DNA of 64,000 nt from a virus (lineage: Duplodnaviria; Caudoviricetes). The stretch is taken from positions 32,001 through 96,000 of the IMG/VR virus record IMGVR_UViG_2906610324_000001; one strand, 5' to 3'. A model generated the notes under the pieces. The model was given only the letters and a program-made list of their open reading frames with translations, had not been told where the DNA came from and searched no databases. Within the stretch, counting starts at the first letter, position 1; each line of letters opens with the position of its first letter. A program made the translations under genes and the position numbers. Shown here in pieces: positions 1 through 9,296 of this stretch.

Positions 1-513
1 GCTGCCGAGCTCGGCAATGTCACCCGCAATGCAGTGATCGGAAAGGTCCATCGCCTTGGACTGCCTGGCAGGGCAGACGACCGAAGGGCGAAGGCCATCG
101 AGGCGAAGCGCGCACCGCGATTGGGTTCGCCGATGCCCAAGCGCACTAAGGTTTTGCGGGCTGTTCTTTCCAATCCGAGCTCCGCGGAGGCGAAGCAGCC
201 CGTGGACGACCCCACCGCGGGCTACGCGAGCGCATTCGACGCCAGCGTTGCAGTGGAGCGCCGCAAGGGGTTGCTGGACCTTCGCGACGGCGATTGCAAA
301 TGGCCGATCGGCGATCCCACGACGCCTGACTTCTTCTTTTGCGGTGATCCGGCTGTGTCGGAACTGCCGTACTGCGGTCCCCATTGTCGCGCGGCCTATC
401 AGAGCGCTGGTCAGCGCGAGACCCGCATCACGCCCGAGGAGCGCGCCCGGCGTGTCGCCTTGGGACAGCGTATGGCCGCGATGAACCGCGCGAAGAGGGC
501 GGCAGCATCATGA
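1..513 (+). CDS. gcrA: GcrA-like cell-cycle regulator (5' end outside the window)
   Basis: Frame 1 reads AAELGNVTRNAVIGKVHRLGL (GcrA HTH) and CKWPIGDP..FFFCG....PYC..H (GcrA C-terminal domain). Confidence 0.9.
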   Translation, partial: AAELGNVTRNAVIGKVHRLGLPGRADDRRAKAIEAKRAPRLGSPMPKRTKVLRAVLSNPSSAEAKQPVDDPTAGYASAFDASVAVERRKGLLDLRDGDCKWPIGDPTTPDFFFCGDPAVSELPYCGPHCRAAYQSAGQRETRITPEERARRVALGQRMAAMNRAKRAAAS

Positions 514-749
514 AGCCAGCTGCCTCGACAATCATGAAAGACTACGCCCGCAAGGAATGCGTCGTGTCCTTGATGACGGTCGAGCATGCCGGCGGCAAAG
601 ACGTCGCCGCCATGGTGGTTGATGCACACCTTCAGGCCATCGCCGTCTATCTCATTGGGTCGATCGGCCGTCAGAAGGCCTACAACGTCTTTGCCCGTTA
701 CGCCGATGAGGTGATCAAGCCGACCCTGCCGGCTGGAGGCCCAGAATGA
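510..749 (+). CDS. Hypothetical phage protein
   Basis: ATGA overlap with gcrA stop; MKPAASTIMKDY... Confidence 0.65.
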   Translation: MKPAASTIMKDYARKECVVSLMTVEHAGGKDVAAMVVDAHLQAIAVYLIGSIGRQKAYNVFARYADEVIKPTLPAGGPE

Positions 750-1102
750 TTGGGCTGACCAACGTCCAGGCACAGTGCGTCGAGTTCGTGCGGCACCGGA
801 TCGATGCCTGCGGAGCCTCACCTTCATACCGTGAAATTGCAGACCATCTTGGCATTCGAGGCCGTGGCACGATCTCGCACTTGATCGACAGCATCGTGGA
901 GCGCGGCGCGCTGTTACGGGAGCCCGGGAAGGCGCGAACGCTCAGTGTTCCTGAGCCCGGCATCGGCGACGGCCTTGTTGTCCGCCCGGTGCCGGAGGTT
1001 CGACGGGCAATCCGAGCCTACGCCAAAGAACATCGGATCTCGGAGCGCACGGCGGCCGAGGAAGCGTTGCGCGCATACTTCATGGAGCCGACTGCACCAT
1101 GA
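746..1102 (+). CDS. LexA-type winged-helix DNA-binding protein (no peptidase domain)
   Basis: LTNVQAQC..F......G.SPSYREIADHLG.RGRGTIS....L.ERG.L.REPGKARTL matches the LexA N-terminal domain. Confidence 0.85.
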   Translation: MIGLTNVQAQCVEFVRHRIDACGASPSYREIADHLGIRGRGTISHLIDSIVERGALLREPGKARTLSVPEPGIGDGLVVRPVPEVRRAIRAYAKEHRISERTAAEEALRAYFMEPTAP

Positions 1103-1722
1103 AGGACTTCTTCTTCGACCCGCTGCCGATGTTTGGCTTCGATATCTGCATCGTCGATCCGCCGACGGAATTCGAACTCTATTCCTCAAAGGGGAACAAG
1201 AAGTCGGCGTCCGCTCAGTACGACATCTTGTCGTGGGACGAGCTTGGACAACTGCCGGTTGGTCACCTGGTTCGAAGCAATGGTGTCGTCGGTCTTTGGG
1301 CTTGTCCGCCGACCCTCGACAAGTCGATGTGGCTGCTGAAGCGCTGGGGCGCGCTCTACAAGACCGAGTTGGTTTGGCCGAAGGGGCGTGTCGGTACCGG
1401 GTACCGCGCCCGCGGGATGCACGAGTCCGTGTTGGTCGGGGTCTTCGGAAACGGAGAGCAGATCCATGATCCATTCTGGGGTGTGATCAAGGGCAAGGCC
1501 CGCGGCCATAGCCAGAAGCCTCGCGAATTCTACGAAATGATACGCGAGCGCACGCCTGGACTGGCGCGCTGCGACCTTTTCTCGCGCGAGACGCATGAGG
1601 GGTTTGTCCCCTGGGGCAACGAGGTCGGCAAATACGACGACGGCCGCCGGCCTGAGCGCCGGCAGAAGGAAAAGATAATTGCCCCGACGCCGCTGTTCGA
1701 CATGCTCGAGGTCGCGGCATGA
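1099..1722 (+). CDS. MT-A70 family adenine methyltransferase
   Basis: DICIVDPPT, LWACPP, GTGY..R..HE..LVG, HSQKP.EFY..I, DLFSRE....WGNE. Confidence 0.88.
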   Translation: MKDFFFDPLPMFGFDICIVDPPTEFELYSSKGNKKSASAQYDILSWDELGQLPVGHLVRSNGVVGLWACPPTLDKSMWLLKRWGALYKTELVWPKGRVGTGYRARGMHESVLVGVFGNGEQIHDPFWGVIKGKARGHSQKPREFYEMIRERTPGLARCDLFSRETHEGFVPWGNEVGKYDDGRRPERRQKEKIIAPTPLFDMLEVAA

Positions 1723-2600
1723 GGGCGCGCACTATCGACCACGACCAGGTGAGGGCGCTGCACGCGGAGAACCTGACCGTTCCGCAGATCAAGGCACGCG
1801 TCGGCGGATCGCCAGCCTATCTCCGCCTCATCATCAAGGGGAAGGTCGGCATCAAACCGACGAACATTTCGCGGCAGTCCGCACTGTCGCTGGCCGGTCG
1901 ACCCGCGAGGATCCCAGCGTTTGACACTCCCGCGATCGTGGAGGGGCGGACGGTCTATCGTTCGACCGTGGTCGACCCGGGGTCATACGCTTTTGACGTC
2001 CTCAAGAGCGGCTTCAATAGCTCGAAGATCGGCAAGGTCGTCACCAAGGGCCGCTGGAAAGGCTTCCCGATCTACACCCTGACGCTCGAGGAGCGCGCGA
2101 CGTGCCCGCTATCCTGCCGGCATTGGCGTTCCTGCTACGGCAATTCAATGCAGCACGCGCACCGGCTCGCCCGCGGCGCCGCGCTGGAGGCCCGGCTGGA
2201 GCAGGAGGTCCGAGCGCTCGGCCGCAGGCATCGCCGCGGTTTCGTGGTGCGGCTTCACGTCCTGGGTGACTTCTATTCGGTTGCGTATGTCGCGCTTTGG
2301 CAGCGTCTCCTCGCCGAAGTGCCGCAGTTGCACGTCTTCGGTTTCTCTGCGCGCTGGGATGCCGAGCGCGATCCTATCGCCGCGGCGCTCGTACGCCTGG
2401 TGTTGGCGAAATGGATTCGCTTTGCCATCCGTTTCTCCGATGCCCCGATCGACGAATGCTCGACCGTATCGGTTGAGACGCCGCTGCAGGCACCAGCGGA
2501 AGCGATCGTTTGCCCTCAGCAGCTCGGCCGGACCGAGGCATGCGCGACTTGCGGCCTCTGCTGGCAATCGAAAAGGCCCGTCGCCTTCATCACCCACTGA
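1719..2600 (+). CDS. Phage gp88-like Cys-rich protein with N-terminal HTH-like segment
   Basis: NSSKIG, TCPLSC....SCY, RLHVLGDF, CPQQ.....CATCGLCW. Confidence 0.7.
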   Translation: MRARTIDHDQVRALHAENLTVPQIKARVGGSPAYLRLIIKGKVGIKPTNISRQSALSLAGRPARIPAFDTPAIVEGRTVYRSTVVDPGSYAFDVLKSGFNSSKIGKVVTKGRWKGFPIYTLTLEERATCPLSCRHWRSCYGNSMQHAHRLARGAALEARLEQEVRALGRRHRRGFVVRLHVLGDFYSVAYVALWQRLLAEVPQLHVFGFSARWDAERDPIAAALVRLVLAKWIRFAIRFSDAPIDECSTVSVETPLQAPAEAIVCPQQLGRTEACATCGLCWQSKRPVAFITH

Positions 2601-2617
2601 CAACGAGAGGAACCCCA

Positions 2618-3178
2618 ATGTCGAAGCCCAACGAACCTGCCCAAGCCGCCCTCGATTCCGCGAACCTTTCACGTATTCGCAACGCGCAGGCAGAAGCTGC
2701 CGCGCAGAACGAGGTCAATAACACCGCGAAGAATAAGTTGCGCGGGACATACGCCCAGACCCAGGCGCAAGGCCTGCATAACGAAGCTGCCAAGCTGGCG
2801 CTGGAGCTCGTCGAGGGCGGTGACGAAGCCATCGACGCGTTCTGCGAGAAGGTCAGCAAGGCCGGCGTTTACGTCGGGTACCTCGGCAAGGTGCTCAGCC
2901 CGAGGCAGTTCGAACTGTTCGGCATGGCCGGCGTCGGCCCGACGCCCGAGGACGAGAGGGCAAAGCTGGAGGGCCGCGCCGCCGGCTTCCGTCTCGATAG
3001 CGAGCCCGGCTCCAAGGAAACCGACAACCCGTACGAAATCGGCTCGCTCAAGGGGCAGGCATGGCTTTCCGCGTTCCGCGATGCGCGCTCTGAGCGCGAT
3101 CACGTCCTGTCGATGCCGGCGCCGGTGACCGAAGGCGAGAGAGCCGGAAGCGGCGATGACGAAGAAGGCAAAGCCTAA
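2618..3178 (+). CDS. Hypothetical protein with C-terminal RMF-like motif
   Basis: GAGAGG RBS; EGRAAG...NPY..GS....AWL.AF. Confidence 0.6.
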   Translation: MSKPNEPAQAALDSANLSRIRNAQAEAAAQNEVNNTAKNKLRGTYAQTQAQGLHNEAAKLALELVEGGDEAIDAFCEKVSKAGVYVGYLGKVLSPRQFELFGMAGVGPTPEDERAKLEGRAAGFRLDSEPGSKETDNPYEIGSLKGQAWLSAFRDARSERDHVLSMPAPVTEGERAGSGDDEEGKA

Positions 3179-3223
3179 TCGAGACCCGCAGCAATTCCGC
3201 TGCCGGAAACAAGAGGACAGAGA

Positions 3224-3412
3224 ATGAAGCGCAAACCGTTTCTCTACGAACTGAGCAATGCCGTGAAGATGGTCGAAAGCAACGAAGAGGGCACCGTCAT
3301 CGGCCGTGCCGAGTATCAGGACCACATCAATAGTTACTTGGTCCGGTACCGCGCCGGCGACGGCCGCCAGGTCGAGAACTGGTTCGACGAAACCGCGATC
3401 AAGGCTGCCTGA
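3224..3412 (+). CDS. Small hypothetical phage protein
   Basis: GAGGA RBS; G.VIGRAEY......YLVRY...DG.....WF.E. Confidence 0.7.
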   Translation: MKRKPFLYELSNAVKMVESNEEGTVIGRAEYQDHINSYLVRYRAGDGRQVENWFDETAIKAA

Positions 3413-3417
3413 TCGCG

Positions 3418-3990
3418 ATGAAGATCCTGGGCTTAGATATCGCAACGACAACGGGCATCGCGCTGCTCGACGGCGATCGCTATGTCTTTGCCCGGGCCTT
3501 CCATTGGGAAGGCAAGAATTCGGGGCAGGTGTTCCGGCATTTCCGGAAGACGCTCTACCAGATCATCAAGGACAACGCGGTCAACTACGTGGCCGCGGAG
3601 GAACCGCTCCGCACCGACATCGAGCTCAAGGGCAAGCCGACCGAGGAGAACCCGGAGCCGGAGTCGACCCGGCCGCCGATGAAGACGTTCCTGCGGATCT
3701 ACGGTCTGTGCGCGATCGCCCAGGAGACCTGCGCCGCCCATGACGTCCCGTTCATCTACGTCAATCAGGGGACTTGGCGAAAGGCCTTCACCGGCTCCGG
3801 GCGGGCGACGAAGGACACGTCGCTCGGCTTTGCTCAACTGATCGACAAGACCATCACCTCTTACGACGCTGCCGAAAGCCTCGGTGTGGCCTGGTGGCTT
3901 CGCGGCCACCTCGATCCGCGCTTCGCCGCGCCGCGTGGCGATCTCTTCGAACCGACACTCACCCCATCTCGAAAGGAGACCCCGTTTTGA
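3418..3990 (+). CDS. RuvC-like Holliday junction resolvase
   Basis: ILGLDIATTTGIA, VAAEEP, TWRK.FTG.G.ATK, DAAESLGVA. Confidence 0.85.
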   Translation: MKILGLDIATTTGIALLDGDRYVFARAFHWEGKNSGQVFRHFRKTLYQIIKDNAVNYVAAEEPLRTDIELKGKPTEENPEPESTRPPMKTFLRIYGLCAIAQETCAAHDVPFIYVNQGTWRKAFTGSGRATKDTSLGFAQLIDKTITSYDAAESLGVAWWLRGHLDPRFAAPRGDLFEPTLTPSRKETPF

Positions 3991-5099
3991 AAGCCGTCAT
4001 GGAACAAGCCGCGCTCGCAAAGCTGCTCGGCCGCGTCGCGCGCGCCGTTGAACAGCGCAACACCATTCCAATCTTGAGCAACGTCCTGATCGATATCAGT
4101 CAGGATACGTTGAGCGTCAAGGCCACCGACCTTGACCTCGAGGTCATCGACTCGATCAGTGCCGAGGTGGCTAAGAAAGGCAGCACGACGGTACCGGCCA
4201 GGCTCTTCCATGACATCATCCGGAAGATGCCCTCCGGCTCGCAGGTGGTGCTGGAGCAGACCGGGGACTCTACCGCAGTCGTCAAGTCGGGCCGCTCTCG
4301 GTTCACGCTGCAGACCTTGCCGGTGAGCGATTATCCGAACCTTTCGGCCGATGACCTCAATGTCAGTTTCGCCGTCGCCGGGAAGGATCTGCGGCGGCTG
4401 GTCGATCGGGCAGCGTTCGCGATCTCGACGGAAGAGACCCGCTACTACCTCAACGGCATCTATCTGCATGCCGTGAAACAGGGAAATGTCGCGACACTGC
4501 GAGCGGTCGCCACCGACGGTCATCGCCTCGCCCAGGTCGAGTATCCCTTGCCGGAGGGAGCCGCGGACCTGAAGGGGATCATCGTGCCCCGGAAAACGGT
4601 CGGCGAAATCACGCGTCTCTTTGACGCTGGCGAGAACGAAATCCTCGTCGAGGCCTCCAGCAGCAAGATCCGATTCTCAGCCGGCGACCTGGTGCTGACA
4701 TCGAAGCTGATCGACGGCACTTTCCCGGACTACGGTCGTGTTATCCCGGTCAACAACGACAAGAAGATCGCGGTCGTCTGCAAGGACATGCTCGCCGCCA
4801 CCGATCGCGTCGCAACGATCTCCAGCGAGAAGGGCCGCGCCGTGAAGATGAGCCTCGGCGCCGGTAGGATCACCCTCAGTTGTCAGAACCCGGACGCCGG
4901 CACCGCAACGGACGAGTTGGAAGCGGAGTACAGCGGCGACGCAATGGATATCGGTTTCAACAGCCGATACCTGCACGACATCTTCACGCAGATCCAGGGC
5001 GATACCGTGAAGCTGGATCTCGGCGACCCGGGTTCGCCGGCGCTGCTGTGCGGCACCGACGAGTCGATCCTCTACGTCCTCATGCCGATGAGGGTGTAG
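3987..5099 (+). CDS. dnaN: DNA polymerase III beta sliding clamp (phage copy)
   Basis: RNTIPILSNVL, ATDLDLE, AISTEETRYYLNG, VATDGHRLA, SKLIDGTFPDY, YVLMPMRV; TTG start overlaps the previous stop. Confidence 0.97.
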   Translation: MKAVMEQAALAKLLGRVARAVEQRNTIPILSNVLIDISQDTLSVKATDLDLEVIDSISAEVAKKGSTTVPARLFHDIIRKMPSGSQVVLEQTGDSTAVVKSGRSRFTLQTLPVSDYPNLSADDLNVSFAVAGKDLRRLVDRAAFAISTEETRYYLNGIYLHAVKQGNVATLRAVATDGHRLAQVEYPLPEGAADLKGIIVPRKTVGEITRLFDAGENEILVEASSSKIRFSAGDLVLTSKLIDGTFPDYGRVIPVNNDKKIAVVCKDMLAATDRVATISSEKGRAVKMSLGAGRITLSCQNPDAGTATDELEAEYSGDAMDIGFNSRYLHDIFTQIQGDTVKLDLGDPGSPALLCGTDESILYVLMPMRV

Positions 5100-5102
5100 C
5101 AG

Positions 5103-5330
5103 ATGGCGGTCATCAACCACGATGAGCGCAAGCTGGAAGCCGAACTGCTGCGCATTTTCAGAAGTCACGGCGTGTCGGCGCTGAATATCGAAGGTGTCCA
5201 ACACATTGGCCTCATCTCAGTCCGCCAAGTCGGAGACAAGGGCGGCCCGTATGTGCCGGGCGCGCCCCCGAATTCGGTGGCGATCGCGGTACCGACGTTG
5301 GTGCGGAACATCTTGGAGGCGCTGAGTTGA
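5103..5330 (+). CDS. Hypothetical protein
   Basis: Fills the gap between dnaN and the MTase, with coupled start/stop. Confidence 0.55.
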   Translation: MAVINHDERKLEAELLRIFRSHGVSALNIEGVQHIGLISVRQVGDKGGPYVPGAPPNSVAIAVPTLVRNILEALS

Positions 5331-7252
5331 GCCGCCGCAAGATCCTCGTTGCTGACCTTCTCTGCGGCGCCGGTGGTTCGTCCACCGGGTGCGCGCGGGC
5401 TCTCGCTGAGCTCGGGCTCGAGATGGAATTGGTCTGCGTCAACCATTGGGGCGTCGCGATCGAGACGCACAAGAAGAACCATCCGCTCGCCCGTCATTAT
5501 TGCGAGGATATCGCCGCGGTGCGTCCGCACATCATCGTGCCGGAGGGATATCTCGACCTGCTGATGGCGTCGCCGACGTGCACCCATCACTCCGTCGCGC
5601 GCGGCGGCAAGCCGACTTCTGACCAGCAGCGCTCCGACCCGTGGCACATCATCACCTGGCTGACGGAACTTCGCGTCAAGCGGTTGATCATCGAGAACGT
5701 CTGGGAATTCATCGGTTGGGGTCCGGTCGACGCGCGAACGGGCAAGCCGATCAAAAGCCGGAAAGGCGAGTATTTCGCGCTCTGGATCGACACCATCCGC
5801 CGGCTGGGTTTCGACCCGGAATGGCGGAAGTTGAACGCCGCCAATTACGGTGACGCGACCACCCGGCAGCGGTTCATCCTGAAGGCGCGCAACGACCGCA
5901 AGATGGTCGCCTGGGCGCCGCTGACCCATGCCAAGAGGGCCGAAGATACGTTGCTGTTCCCGGGTATGAAGCCGTGGAAGCCGGCCCGCGAAATCATCGA
6001 TTGGGACATCAAGGGCCGCTCGATCTTCGACCGGAAGAAACCCCTCGCGCCGAAGACGCTGGCCCGCATCTACGCCGGCGCCGTCAAGTTCAATTGGCCT
6101 GAGCCGTTTCTCGTCGTTCTGCGCAATCACATGAGCGGCCGGAGCCTGGACCAGCCGCTGCCGACCGTCGCGGCCAACGGCACTCACATCGCGCTCGCCG
6201 AGCCGATTTTGGTGAAGCAGAACTTCAGGCGGGATGCGCAGTCCGTCAATGACCCGGCGCCGACCGTGATGACACAGGCTCGAATTGGGCTCGCCGAGCC
6301 GCTTGTCCTGGCAACCGGTAGCGGCGCGGCCCGTCCAGCGAACGATCCGTTACCCACAATTACCACGGGCGGCGCTGGATCTGATGACCCAGGCTGCGCG
6401 CGGCCGATGCTGGTCGAGCCGTTCATCCTCAACCGCCACGGCGACGGCTATGCGGAGTCTCGGGCGCATTCGCTGGGCGATCCGGCGCCGACTGCAAACT
6501 GTGACGGTGGCGGGTACCTGGTCGAGCCGTTCATGCTGTCTCGTCATGCCGGCGGAGCGCCGCGATCTATCGACGACCCGACGCCGACCCAGGTCGCGAA
6601 GCAAAGCCACGTCCTGATATCGCCGTACTACGGTTCCGGATCCGGCGAGACCTGCAAGAGCGCCGAGGAGCCGCTGGACACCGTCACCTCCAAAGGGCGG
6701 TTTGGCATGGTGGTGCCGGTCACGCACACCCAGGGCGGCAACGCAACTCGCGATCTTGGCGACCCGCTGCCAACCTTGACCACGGCGAAGGGCGGCGAAT
6801 TCGCCATGGTCATGCCTGTCACTCATCACGATGGTAGCGATCGCGTTCGCGATCTGGGCGAGCCGATCCCGACCGTCACGACAGCCAACCGCGGCGAGCT
6901 CGCGTTCATCGCGGCCCAGTTCGGCGAGCGGCAAGGGCAAGCGCCGCGCGTGCACGACATCGCTGGGCCAACCCCCGCCATCACCGCCACCGGCCACATC
7001 AACCTCGTCGAGGCGACGCCGCAGTACGACATCCTCTTCCGGATGCTGGAGCCGCACGAACTCGCCGCGGCGATGGGCTTCAACGAAGACGAGGCCGAGT
7101 ACGAGTTCGCCGGTACCAAAACCCAGAAGATCAAACAAATTGGCAACGCCGTTTCTGTCTCGCTGATGAAGGCCGAGGTCTCCGCGATCATGTCGGATGC
7201 TGCCGTCATGCCTAAATCCGAGGCGCCGGCGAAACGTCGCGCGAGTGCCTGA
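5327..7252 (+). CDS. DNA cytosine-C5 methyltransferase with repeated variable region
   Basis: Motif I DLLCGAGG, IV ASPTC, VI IIENV, VIII T.R.R, X KQIGNAV. Confidence 0.93.
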   Translation: MSRRKILVADLLCGAGGSSTGCARALAELGLEMELVCVNHWGVAIETHKKNHPLARHYCEDIAAVRPHIIVPEGYLDLLMASPTCTHHSVARGGKPTSDQQRSDPWHIITWLTELRVKRLIIENVWEFIGWGPVDARTGKPIKSRKGEYFALWIDTIRRLGFDPEWRKLNAANYGDATTRQRFILKARNDRKMVAWAPLTHAKRAEDTLLFPGMKPWKPAREIIDWDIKGRSIFDRKKPLAPKTLARIYAGAVKFNWPEPFLVVLRNHMSGRSLDQPLPTVAANGTHIALAEPILVKQNFRRDAQSVNDPAPTVMTQARIGLAEPLVLATGSGAARPANDPLPTITTGGAGSDDPGCARPMLVEPFILNRHGDGYAESRAHSLGDPAPTANCDGGGYLVEPFMLSRHAGGAPRSIDDPTPTQVAKQSHVLISPYYGSGSGETCKSAEEPLDTVTSKGRFGMVVPVTHTQGGNATRDLGDPLPTLTTAKGGEFAMVMPVTHHDGSDRVRDLGEPIPTVTTANRGELAFIAAQFGERQGQAPRVHDIAGPTPAITATGHINLVEATPQYDILFRMLEPHELAAAMGFNEDEAEYEFAGTKTQKIKQIGNAVSVSLMKAEVSAIMSDAAVMPKSEAPAKRRASA

Positions 7253-7253
7253 C

Positions 7254-8060
7254 ATGGCAAAGCCGAAACCATTCGCCACTGAAGTTGATCTGTGCAAGCG
7301 GTTCATCTCCTCGCTGCCCGAGGGATGGACCGCTTACGCCGAGTGCTGTGGCTGGGACATTCTGCTGGTGCGGAATGCTGACGGTTTCCAGATCGGCGTC
7401 GAGGCGAAGCTCCGGCTCAACACCGAGGTGATCAGCCAGGCGCTGGAGGAATACGGCGCCTTCTACGCCGATCACCCTGGCCCGGATTGCCGAGCCGTTC
7501 TCGTGCCGTTCGATTCACAGGGTGGGTTCGACCGCATCTGTCGCTATATCGGCCTGACCATCATCTATGTCCGGTCGGAAGAGCAGGTCAAAGCTGGGAC
7601 GAGTTTCGGGTATCGGCCGAAGTCGTTCGAGCCCGGGCTGCCAGGCGACCAGCACGGCACCAACGCGAAGGAGTGGCACGAGTGGGCGCCGGCGAAGCGG
7701 CACACGCTGCCGGATTACGTGCCCGACGTTGCCGCCGGCGCGCCGTCGCCGGTGCAACTGACCAGCTGGAAGATCGCTGCCATCAAAATCGCGATCATCC
7801 TTGAAAAGCGCGGCTTCCTCGTCCGCGCCGATTTCAAGCACGTCAACATCGACCACCGCCGCTGGCTGCCGTCCGGAGCCAGCTGGCTGGTGCTGGAAAA
7901 CGGCGTTTACCGCGGCGCGCCAAGCTTCCCGGATTTCAAGGCGCAGCACCCGCGCGTCTACGACCAGATCGCGGCCGACTTCGATCGCTGGAAGCCGGCC
8001 GAGCCGCTGGCGCCGTCCGAAGCCGCCGCGTCCGAACCGAAGCAGGAGAGTCTTCTGTGA
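7254..8060 (+). CDS. Putative PD-(D/E)XK nuclease-fold protein
   Basis: E..L...; YAE..GWDILL.....QIGVEAK. Confidence 0.55.
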   Translation: MAKPKPFATEVDLCKRFISSLPEGWTAYAECCGWDILLVRNADGFQIGVEAKLRLNTEVISQALEEYGAFYADHPGPDCRAVLVPFDSQGGFDRICRYIGLTIIYVRSEEQVKAGTSFGYRPKSFEPGLPGDQHGTNAKEWHEWAPAKRHTLPDYVPDVAAGAPSPVQLTSWKIAAIKIAIILEKRGFLVRADFKHVNIDHRRWLPSGASWLVLENGVYRGAPSFPDFKAQHPRVYDQIAADFDRWKPAEPLAPSEAAASEPKQESLL

Positions 8061-8410
8061 CCGATCGTATCGGATGCTGCATTCCGGGGTGTGGCCGCAC
8101 CTTCAAGCGCGAAGCCGGCGACGCCGAGGACGTGATGATCATGTGCGGTCGTCACTGGCGGATGGGCGACGTCGCCATGCGGAGCCGCCACAAGCAGTTG
8201 CGCGCGCGGGCGAGGTGGTTTGATCGCCGGTATGGCAAGCGCGGCAACGCGATCGAGCGGTCGCCGAAACGCACCAAGTTCTTCAGCGCATGGCAGCGGA
8301 CTTGCACTGCCTGCAGCGCGCTTTGGCACCGCATCAAGGACGATGTCGTGATCAAGGCAGCATTCGGCGCCGAAGACGCGCGCCGCAGGCGTCGAAAGGA
8401 AGTGGCGTGA
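8057..8410 (+). CDS. Hypothetical Zn-binding basic protein
   Basis: CCIPGC....MCGRHW; GTGA coupling. Confidence 0.6.
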   Translation: MTDRIGCCIPGCGRTFKREAGDAEDVMIMCGRHWRMGDVAMRSRHKQLRARARWFDRRYGKRGNAIERSPKRTKFFSAWQRTCTACSALWHRIKDDVVIKAAFGAEDARRRRRKEVA

Positions 8411-9090
8411 CGATTCACTATCACGGCACGCCGTTGTCTCCGCGGTCTGAGCTTATGAAGATGGCCGGCAAATGCTTCTGTGTGCCGTTCTCAGATGCGC
8501 GCGATGCAGAGACCTGCGTGGCAATCGGACAGGCGGTGATGTTCGACAACGGTAAGTTCGGCGCGCACACTCGCGGAGCGACGATCGACACGGCGAAGCT
8601 CTATGCCTGGTTGGACCGGTTCCTGGGCCACCCACATTGGGCGGTCGTCGAGGACGAGATCGACGGGACGGTCGAGGAGCAGCGCGCCATGACTGCACGC
8701 TGGCCGTTCCCGAGGCAGTTGTCGGCACCGGTGTGGCATATGGCGCTGCCGATCGAATACCTGCTCGAATTGGCCGACGGATGGCCGCGGATATGCTTCG
8801 GCTCGACGAGCCAATATTGGCAGGTCGGATCGGATCTGTGGTGCCGCCGGGCTGACGAAGCGTTCAACGAGCTCTCGAAGCGTCACCGGCACTTGCCGTG
8901 GGTTCACATGCTGCGTGGGATGTCTCTCGCCGGCGATCGCTGGCCGTTCGCTTCGGTCGACTCGGTCAACGTCGCCCGCAACTTCAAGGATTTCAATCAC
9001 TGCCCAGAGCGGATGGCACGACGCCTCGACGCCGTCCAATGCGGCGGCGTGTGGGTCGTTCAACCTCAGCAGCAGGATATGTTCGCGTGA
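8407..9090 (+). CDS. Conserved phage protein, possible TGT/DpdA-like TIM barrel
   Basis: HYHGTP, MFDNG, DEIDG, PVWH, ICFGS, VHMLRG, ASVDS resemble guanine-transglycosylase-fold motifs. Confidence 0.5.
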   Translation: MTIHYHGTPLSPRSELMKMAGKCFCVPFSDARDAETCVAIGQAVMFDNGKFGAHTRGATIDTAKLYAWLDRFLGHPHWAVVEDEIDGTVEEQRAMTARWPFPRQLSAPVWHMALPIEYLLELADGWPRICFGSTSQYWQVGSDLWCRRADEAFNELSKRHRHLPWVHMLRGMSLAGDRWPFASVDSVNVARNFKDFNHCPERMARRLDAVQCGGVWVVQPQQQDMFA

Positions 9091-9296
9091 GGAACAAGAA
9101 CGGATATCGCGGGGTCCGGAAGAGCAGTGGCGCGTGGCGCTCGAAGCCGTACTTCGCGCGGCTGCGAGTTGACGGCGAATTTGTCTATTCCCCGCGGTGT
9201 GCCACTGCGATTGGAGCGGCCATCGAATACGACACGTTGGCGCGCCAGGCGCACGGTTCCAAAGCTGTCCTCAATTTCGACGGGAGGCGGTCGTGA
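9087..9296 (+). CDS. Stand-alone AP2 DNA-binding domain protein
   Basis: NKNGYRGV......Y.ARL.VDG.......TA..AA..YD..A...HG..A.LNF. Confidence 0.8.
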   Translation: MRNKNGYRGVRKSSGAWRSKPYFARLRVDGEFVYSPRCATAIGAAIEYDTLARQAHGSKAVLNFDGRRS

